The notes under the pieces: generated by a model
What the model was told of the DNA's origin: nothing
Seen by the model: only the letters and a program-made list of their open reading frames with translations
Databases searched by the model: none
In this document: one piece after another, positions 55,719-64,000 of the stretch
How positions within the stretch are numbered: position 1 is the first letter of the stretch
Layout: every line of letters starts with the position of its first letter
Position numbers and translations under genes: made by a program
Assembly (NCBI RefSeq): GCF_009914755.1
Contig: NC_060931.1
DNA from: the human T2T-CHM13v2.0 reference genome, Homo sapiens
Strand: one strand, 5' to 3'
DNA: 64,000 nt

Positions 55719-56202
55719 ATTTCTCAATCCTTGCACTGTTTTTTTTTTCCCTTCTCTTACTGTATAGCTGGAGTGCTATTGCAGTGTTTAATCAAAAGGA
55801 TAAGGGCAGTCATATTTGTAATTTCCAGATCTTAAAAGGAATGCATTAACACTCATCAGTAAATATGGTGCTGACTACAAGCTATACTGTAAATGTCCAT
55901 TATCAGGTTAAAGTATTTTTCTTTGTTCCTATTTTGCTCAAAATGGACATCATGAATTTAAATGGCACCGTGTTGAATATTTTTTTCTTCTATGTAGAAA
56001 ACTATACTGTATTTTAAATGATTAACGTAATATTTAGAAATTATTTTCTAAACTTTACAATCTGAAAAAATATATTAATCTGGAATTTATTTGGTAATCT
56101 TTCTTTTAGGATTTTTTTCTATAATTATCCATTAAAAAATAATACCTGTGGTTTTGCTATTTAGATTGTGACTTAAGTTTGTTTGTATTTTGTATTTAAG
56201 TA

Positions 56203-56556
56203 CAGATGGTCCTTGACTTACCATTTTTGGACTTTAAGATGGTTTAAAAACATGAATTAGAAATTGTACTTTGAATTTTGAATTTTGATATTTTTGGCAG
56301 CTAGTGATAAGCTGAAGGCTAACACTCTCCCAAAGTGAGCCACAGCTTATTCAGCCATATGGTCAGAAGCCCAGATGCCTGATGCTCTCCAGGGTACTGT
56401 GCACTACTGTGAGTGTTCTGAGTGTTTCAAGGCAGACTAGGCCAAGCTGTGATACTCAGCAGACAAGGTGGATTAAATGCTCTTTCAACTTATGATATTT
56501 TCAATTCATGATGGGTTTATCAAGAAGCAACCCCACAGTAAGCTGAAGAGCATCTT
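56203..56556 (-). mobile_element. MER47-type TcMar-Tigger DNA transposon
   Basis: TIR CAGATGGTCCTTGACTTAC and GTAAGCTGAAGAGCATCT, with TA flanks. Related to 15216-15561. Confidence 0.8.
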
Positions 56557-58356
56557 TATATTCTGCAATTTTTTATTAGGAGTAATTTATTTCTTCAAAC
56601 TTTTTGGAACTTACTTAAAGAACTGTATGATCTGGTGACTTCTTTCTGGGAAGATTTTCTATTAATTTTAAAAATTCAATGCCTTCCATGGTTACTAGTT
56701 GATTCAGCATTTCTATATTTTCTGAAGTTATTTTTAGTAAATAACAGAAGATTAGAATTTAGCCCAGAGTTGTTCATAACATCTTATAATCATTTTTAAT
56801 ATACACATTATTTGTATTTCTATCCTCTTTTTTCACTACATATTATGTGTTAATTTGTTCCTTCTTTCTCTCTTCTTCTTTTGGGAAGTTTTCTACAGAC
56901 TTGTCATTGCTATTTGTATTTTCAAAAATAAAAGAACATACATTTACTGTGTTGATCCCCTCTATTATATCATTATTGTCAATATTATTAATTTTAGTTT
57001 ATACATTTCCATGTCTTTACTTTTTGGGGTTAAGTAAATTATTTTTTATGTTTCAAAGTTGGATGATTAAATCATTAAAATTAGTCTTCTAGCTTTACTA
57101 ATATAAGTATTTAAAGACTACATATTTTCTTCAATGTACTGTCTTCACAAAATTTCATGAATTCGAATCTGAGACGGCAGTGAGCTAAAATAAAACTCCC
57201 ATGGTGGCCCTGTAGCTTATAAGTAGCAGAACAACATGTGGCTGTAGGCAGCCTGGTTCAAGAGTTCATGCTCTTAATCACCAATCTATGCTGTTCATCA
57301 TCCATCAAGTGAAAATGTTTACCAATTAATTTTACAGTATATCCTAACATGAACACTCAGATAAGAAATTCCTCTCAGCAAAGTCAGTGCTTAGTGTAAA
57401 AGAGGAAACTAAAATATTCTTGTCCAATCGATTCTATATAGCACCAACATTAAGATCTCTTTCAAAGGTTATTCAATGAAACACATATTGTATTAATTTA
57501 CAGCATGTGTTCTTTAATTGTAAATTTGTAACTGAACTTCACATGAATATTAAAATTCATCTTCTACTTATCTTTTTTCTCCATAAGTTCTTGTATTTAC
57601 TTCTCATTTAGAAATGACATTAACTATTAATATTTTTTAACATCAAGTTCACATATAGCCATTTGTTACTAAATCTCGTATTTGGGAAGAGGAAATGACT
57701 TAGATAACTGATGGTGCAAGGAATTAAAGTTATTATTCATTATCATATTTGTCTATATTATGTATTGACAATGCAATAAAATATTCTTGACTTGGTAAAC
57801 AAAGCAAAACCATGAATATAATAGTTTCAATTTTGCTTTTGTCAATAAATTGTGTTGAGTCATTTTTAATTCTCCTAAAACTAACAATTTTTTATATTAT
57901 TCAAGAAATAAATCTCATCCTATTTCAATTAAACTATTCAATATCACACTGTAGTTTATAAGCTCCACAGATCAGAGGCTAAAATAAAAAAATTCAATTA
58001 AAAATACAAAGTGATTTGGACATTCTAATTGACAATTACCACAGAAAGCAAAACTATTTAGGGTTTATACTAAAGCTCCATTATAGATCTATTAAGAGAA
58101 ATCTACATATGCCATGGTTGGCATTGTATCCAGAAAACTGAGACAGATAAAAATATGAAAGTATGCACTGAATAATCAATCCCACTTAATACGAAACTTA
58201 ATTAAAGATCATGTTCTATTGTACAAAGCACAATTGTCCAAGTACATCTTATTTTAAGAATCACTGAAAGTGCTTTTAACTCAATGCTGGGAAAAAATTT
58301 GTCTAATCCAATGCACCAAATTTTCTTCTTTGATTAAAGTCCCCCAAAATGATCAA

Positions 58357-58358
<2 letters not shown>

Positions 58359-58392
<34 letters not shown>
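58359..58392. repeat. (TG)17 microsatellite
   Basis: Direct reading. Confidence 0.95.
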
Positions 58393-58393
<1 letters not shown>

Positions 58394-61301
58394 TATGTGT
58401 TTTCTTGGTTATCAAAACACTCAGAATGTGATTCAGGCCTCATTTGAAGAAAGAATAATTTGCTTGTTTCTGCTGATATGATTTTATTTCTTAGTTTTTA
58501 TTTTTTGAGGGAGTTCTAATAGATTTGCTTCTGTAGAGTAAAATATTATGTGATTTGAAAAGATGGGTAGTGTGTGATGATTTTGGGAAATTCCTGTATC
58601 CTCAGTATATAACTATATACTATAATATTAAATGTAGTGTAGAGCCCTGGAAGTTCTCACAGTCAGGAGGAAAAATAGCCAAGCCATAGTAAAGTGTGAA
58701 ACATTAAAACTCAGTTAATGTTTAGTATCTCTACCCCATAATTAACAAGTATATTTATTAAGAATTAACTTTAATTGATTTATTATGGGAATATGCTAGG
58801 AGCTGGGATTTAAAGGTAAAAATGACATTGTGCTTTTAAGGAATTATTCCACTAATCAATAGTGTGTCCTGCTTGTTTCTTGAGGAGAGAATATGGAAAA
58901 GAATCTTACTCCATCAGTGACTGAAAGGAGTCCAAGAGGGGTTAACAGGCTTTTAGTTGATCTGATATTTGAGGTAAAATTAGGGTATCTTTTCAGACAA
59001 ATTGGGCTTGCAGGAAATCAAGAATTGGAAGAATGGTTTTACTTTAGTATTTTTTACAGAGAAAATTGAACAATACAGCCTATATTTACATGATAGATCA
59101 AAAAGGATGAAAAGATTAACCTTGGTTTTTATTTACTTATTACGTAGAGTGGGGAAAGCAAAGTACGACATTAAATAAAAGCTGTTTCTGCAATACATGT
59201 GACCTTGCCTGTTATAAATTTACTATTATAATATAGCTGCTTTCCATGCTAATTTTTCAAGGATTACATATATTTTTGTTTGCTTGTTTATATAGTAGGC
59301 TGCCAGGAAACCTGCCATCAACTCATCTTACAAGAATCTTCACTTCTCTTCAACACCACAAGCCAGCCAGAGAAGATCTGTCTTTACTCAAATTGCTATT
59401 TCAAAATTTTGTCCTTTCAACTACAAGGCCCATTATAAGAGCCTTTTAATAATCCACAGTTCTTTCCTGGTTTCTGCCAACTGGAAATAATATCTTCTGC
59501 CTCTGAAATTTCATGCTAATCTGTGTTAAACACCTCAAATTCATTGAACTTTGTAAGTTCTCAGAACATGTGAGAAACGAATGTGATCTAAAACACGAAT
59601 GTGATCATGCTGTTTCCTTTCTGCATAGCTGTCAAAAATCTCCACTTCCCACTTAATAATGGAAGTTCTACTCTGCAGAAATGGACCCATGATCAGGTTC
59701 CAGTCTGTCCTGAAAACCCTGCTACTTAGCCTTCTTCACTCCTAGTGCACATTCTTCTCATGATGAGTTCCTTGAACCTCTTCCACACCAATTTGTGCCA
59801 CACACCACTTTAAGACTTACTCTGGATGTTAACTTTGGAGGAATAAGCCTGGTCCTTAAACTCTCAGCTTTAAGTCAGTAAGTCAAGACAAGGTCACATG
59901 CAAACTTTTATTTCCCTATATCTATGTGAGCCTGTGACAACTCACTTTATATAGCAAAACTGTAATTTCCATAATTTACACAAGACTAAAGTTAGACATC
60001 TAATTCCATCAGTGGCTTATTTTCCCATGCCTGCAACAAACTGTGAAATGAGGTGTAAAATTGGATAAATTTTAATGTCCCTTGTACCTCTTAACATTCT
60101 AGATTCTCAGCTATTTTCCACATTGTTATGAGGACAAGAACATTTTGAGAGCAGGCGTCTAAAGTGTGGAGCTGAGGAGGAGTGGAAAGAACTGTGTGAC
60201 ATTTAGAACGCTGTAATTGGTAATGTCACCTATTTTAAATATGATTATGCACAGGCATTCACTTTGTACTTCCAGTGTGCCAGAAAGGAAGAGAAAGTAA
60301 AGCAGAGGTGATCTTTACGTGGCAGTTCTCTAGTTTATTTGGGGAACATCAGCCTGTCAGAGTGCAGGGTTTCTGGGTGCTAATGAGTTTGTGCAGCACA
60401 GCATAGGCTAACAGTTCCACAGGCTGAGCAACTGCTACATTAAGGTCTCTAAGAGAAAAAACGAAAATTTCTAATTAAAAATATCTTCTCCTTGTCCTCA
60501 ACTAACCCCAGAAAAATAGGATGGAAACAAAGCTTAATATGGGAATTTAGTTTACTGATGAATTAGTAGGAAATATTTACTTATTGAGTTGAGATTCCGC
60601 AAGGTAATGCAAATAACTGCCAAAATGACCTGAAATAATATTGATAAACTCACATTAGGCTGGGAGCAGACAGAAGATGCTATTTTCCCTTGCTTAGAAG
60701 CTCCATAAGGTTAACCACCCACATCTTCCTTATTCAAGGAACAATACTTTCAAGAAAGTTTCATAAGAAAGTGCTCACAGGACGAGCTAGTAAGAGTGGC
60801 CAGGGAAGAGAAGAAGCCAAGAAAACATGCAGTTTTTGCCAAAGTCTCTGTCTGAACCATTTCCCACTGGTGAACTCTGGGCTGTAAATTCTACCTGAAA
60901 GTGTGGCACAACTCAAAGAAAGAGATCTGTGTTTTCATATTATCACATAAACATGACATTGACTAAAGACCATGGTGGTGAGATGGAAAGGGGAATAGAT
61001 AAGTTTCCAAGCATTTTTGAATCTCTACTTACATGAACTGCAAAATCTCTCCAGTAACCTACAGACCTTCCTTTAATGACAATTGCACATGCAGGCCTTG
61101 AGAAATAAAATGACCCCAAAACTAGAGGAGGCATTCACAGGATGGTCAAAAGCAATCCAAAGAGATTTGGGTGGAATGCTAACAATATTGCTATGTAATC
61201 CAGGGCACAGACTATTTATTAGATATAGCAGGCATTTGATGCATGTTTTTAGAGTAATAAATAAATGCCAACTCTGAAATTTATGTTGGTAAGTAAGTGT
61301 C

Positions 61302-61783
61302 TGTGATGGCTAATTTTATGTCAAGTTGATTGGGTCACCAAGTGCCCAGATATTTAGTCAAATATTTTTCTCGATGTTTCTGTAAGGGTATTTGAGGATG
61401 AGATTAACATTTAAATAGGTAGACTATGTAGAGCAGATTGTCCTGAATGTGGGTGGGCCTCATCCAATCATTTGAAGAACTGAATAGAGCGAAAAGATTG
61501 ACTGTCTCCCACGAAGAGAGAATTCTTCTTGATGACAGCCTTTGAATCGGAACATCAACTTTCTTCCTGCCATTAGATTCAAACAGAAACATTGGCTCTT
61601 CCAGGGATGAGTCTTTGGGCATTCAGGCAGTAACTTCACCATTGGCTCTCCTGGTTCTTAGCCTTGGGACACAGACTGCACCAACACCTTCAGCTTTCCT
61701 GGGTCTCCAGCTTGCCAGCTCACCCTGTAGAGCTTGGGACTTGCCAGGCTTCATAATTGTCTAAGCCTATTCTTTATAATACA
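61302..61783 (+). mobile_element. MLT2 (ERVL) LTR, 3' end not evident
   Basis: TGTGATGGCTAATTTTATGTCAA...gatgagattaacattt...gtgggtgggcctcatccaatca...gggtctccagcttg. Confidence 0.88.
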
Positions 61784-63091
61784 TTGCTAATCCAATCCCT
61801 GTATGTTCTTGTCATGTTTTCATTACTGTAACCTTAGCAAAACCATTTAATGTATAACAGATGGCCACATATGAGCACTTAAAATTCTTGAGAGGATAGG
61901 CACACCATGTGACTATTATGATGACTATCAGGAGTATGCTACTAAGAGACTAAAATATACTCATTAGGAGTCCTCAAGAGTCAAAAGTTAAAATCAAATA
62001 TATTATCAATGATCTAGATTACAATAATATAATCTGGATTAAGTCGCAAGGTTTTCAGGATCAGATTAATATATGATCCAAATATAATAACAATGATCCA
62101 GTTTTCTCACAACTGAGTTTCTACCATATCAGACATATTTCTCCCAGTGTAGCCAGAGGTGAGGTATTGCATGCACTCCCTCTCTTTAGCCAAAAAAGAG
62201 TCTAAAGCAATCACTTTTTCTAAAACAACTTCTGCCAGAGAATTTGAAAAAGTTTGCTGAGCAACTATAGCCTTTGAAGTACACGCTGTTATAGTAGATA
62301 ATGTTTGAGACTGATTTCCATTCTCCTTTACATTTATGTAAAGGAGCCAGGGAGAAGCATTCTACCAAAAGACGCCCATATAGTTGGAGTAATGCCTGCC
62401 AGAAAATTCCTTTTTATTCTAAAGTGCAAATTAAGAGGTGTAGACATATTTTAGTTATTTCCCATTTATGAAAATATAGAATTGCCCGTGTGTATAGTTG
62501 AACATTAAATTCTGCACAGAAAAAAATAAACATAGAGGGGAACAAAAACCAGTTCTGTGGGATGCCTTGTGTGTTAGGGTCACCAGCAGGGAAGCACTAG
62601 TGATATTTGTCTTAGTCTCCATTATCAAATCATTGCACAATCACACTTGGAATATCAGTGAAATTTTTAGCAGGGTGAAACAGAGGATCTCTGATTATCT
62701 AAGGATTTGGGTTTAACATGGTATCTCTGCCAATTCTGTTATCCAGTATGCAGCGACAAATAGCTCTGTTGAGAATGAGAGAATGAAGAGGTTCAATGAC
62801 CCATTCCATTCGGCAGTTGGGCATCTTGAACAGAAAGAGTTGGAGTTGAGGACCCTAGCCAGCTCTCCATGGCGTTACTGATTCCGAGGCAGGGCTCTAT
62901 CAGACATCCTACAGGCATCTGAGAAAGCAGATTTGTACAATAGTTATAGATTGTGAGGCCAAATTCTCTGAAAGTTGTGTTTCTGAAATCTTAATATCCC
63001 CCATTATGGCAGAAAACATGGAAAAATTTTCTACATATGGGAAATTTTCCATATATGAAAATCAAAGAAGTAAAATATAAGTCCTAAAGGC

Positions 63092-63510
63092 TGTTAACTG
63101 GAAACTTTAGACAAATTAAATTTAGCAAAATTTATCTGAGCAAAGAATGATTCATAAGTCAGGCAGCACTGAGAACCAGGAGAGCTTCAGACAGCTCCAC
63201 CCTTTCACATGGGCAGGCAGTATTTACAGACAAAAAAAAAAAAAAAGTGTGATGCAGAAAGGCTTGATTGGTTATGATTCAGCACTTGCCTGATGAGGGC
63301 ATGTTGTGGTGAGGCAGTGGCTTCATATGGATAAGGCCTGATCAGTTAGCAGCCTGTGATTGGCTGAAGCTCAGCTGCTGTGATTGGCTGAGACTCAGCT
63401 ACTTGTTATAAGAATATACTCTTACATTAGGTAGAACGTTGTTTACATATTAAAGATGCAGTTTACTATGTATGATGGTAGCTTTAGGCCAAATTTAATT
63501 TAAAGTAACA
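63092..63510 (-). mobile_element. Solo ERV1 LTR, MER57/MER93-like
   Basis: TG...CA termini, repeated TGATTGGCTGA boxes, and the end gctttaggccaaatttaattt..aaca. Confidence 0.75.
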
Positions 63511-64000
63511 AGTTCAAGTCTAAGAAAAAGAGTACTATTAACATTTTTATATTTTTTGAAAGGTAATTCTATGACATTAGAACATGAATTAATTTAATTA
63601 ATGAAACATTTTTTAATGCAATATATTCCCGAGATTTCCCCAAACTGTCAAAATTGATTTCTTAGTCCTCACAGCATTCCACGTGAGCTACATATTCTGA
63701 ATTTAAATGTATCCCAGTTAACTGCAATGCTATGATTTATCTAAGAAAAAGAGTAATCACGGAAAAGTAGTAATAATACAAACTAGCGTAGAAAAGTAGC
63801 AAATGCCTCCTGATCCTACATCTTGTGGTTGAATGTCATTCTATAGAATGATTCTCTTTTCTTCTTAAAAAGAGAAGCACTCCACTGATAATCACATATA
63901 TCCCTTATGATTTTAAAATCTAAATTACCAAGTGCTAATAGGAAACATAGCCTTATAGTCTCATCATCCTTAGTGCTTTTTGTTAAGAATATTTTCTTAT

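Noticed and set aside
59577-59606. 12-bp direct repeat ACGAATGTGATC x2
   Set aside because: Ordinary micro-duplication with only two units, not an array.
62010-62080. Two short hairpins (ATCTAGATTA/TAATCTGGAT and GGATCA/TGATCC)
   Set aside because: Stems of 10 bp or less are expected by chance in AT-rich DNA.

Overview
AT-rich, CpG-depleted primate (very probably human) genomic DNA that reads as intergenic or deep intronic. I recognise no protein-coding exon, RNA gene or CpG island. The ORFs in the track are Alu, L1 or LTR read-throughs, or chance. Much of the window is transposon-derived: seven Alus, a young 5'-truncated L1PA nested in an Alu that sits in an old L1M, a complete MSTA MaLR provirus with a perfect TSD, solo ERV1 LTRs (LTR9-, MER51-, LTR47- and MER57/93-like), MLT1/MLT2/LTR16 relics, Tigger/MER47/MER20 DNA transposons, MIR/L2 fragments and microsatellites. 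Two structures are not explained by ordinary repeat annotation. (1) A ~400-bp diverged inverted duplication (about 25862-26283 vs 27141-27540) whose right arm splits an MLT1D LTR. (2) A 100%-identical tandem duplication with a 120-bp period (10615-10851) whose junction suggests two template switches. Several splice-site-bounded segments could be lncRNA exons, but this is unverified. I see no evidence for a new multi-gene biological system. Repeat subfamily names are recalled from consensus sequences, not from a search, and the boundaries of old repeats are approximate.
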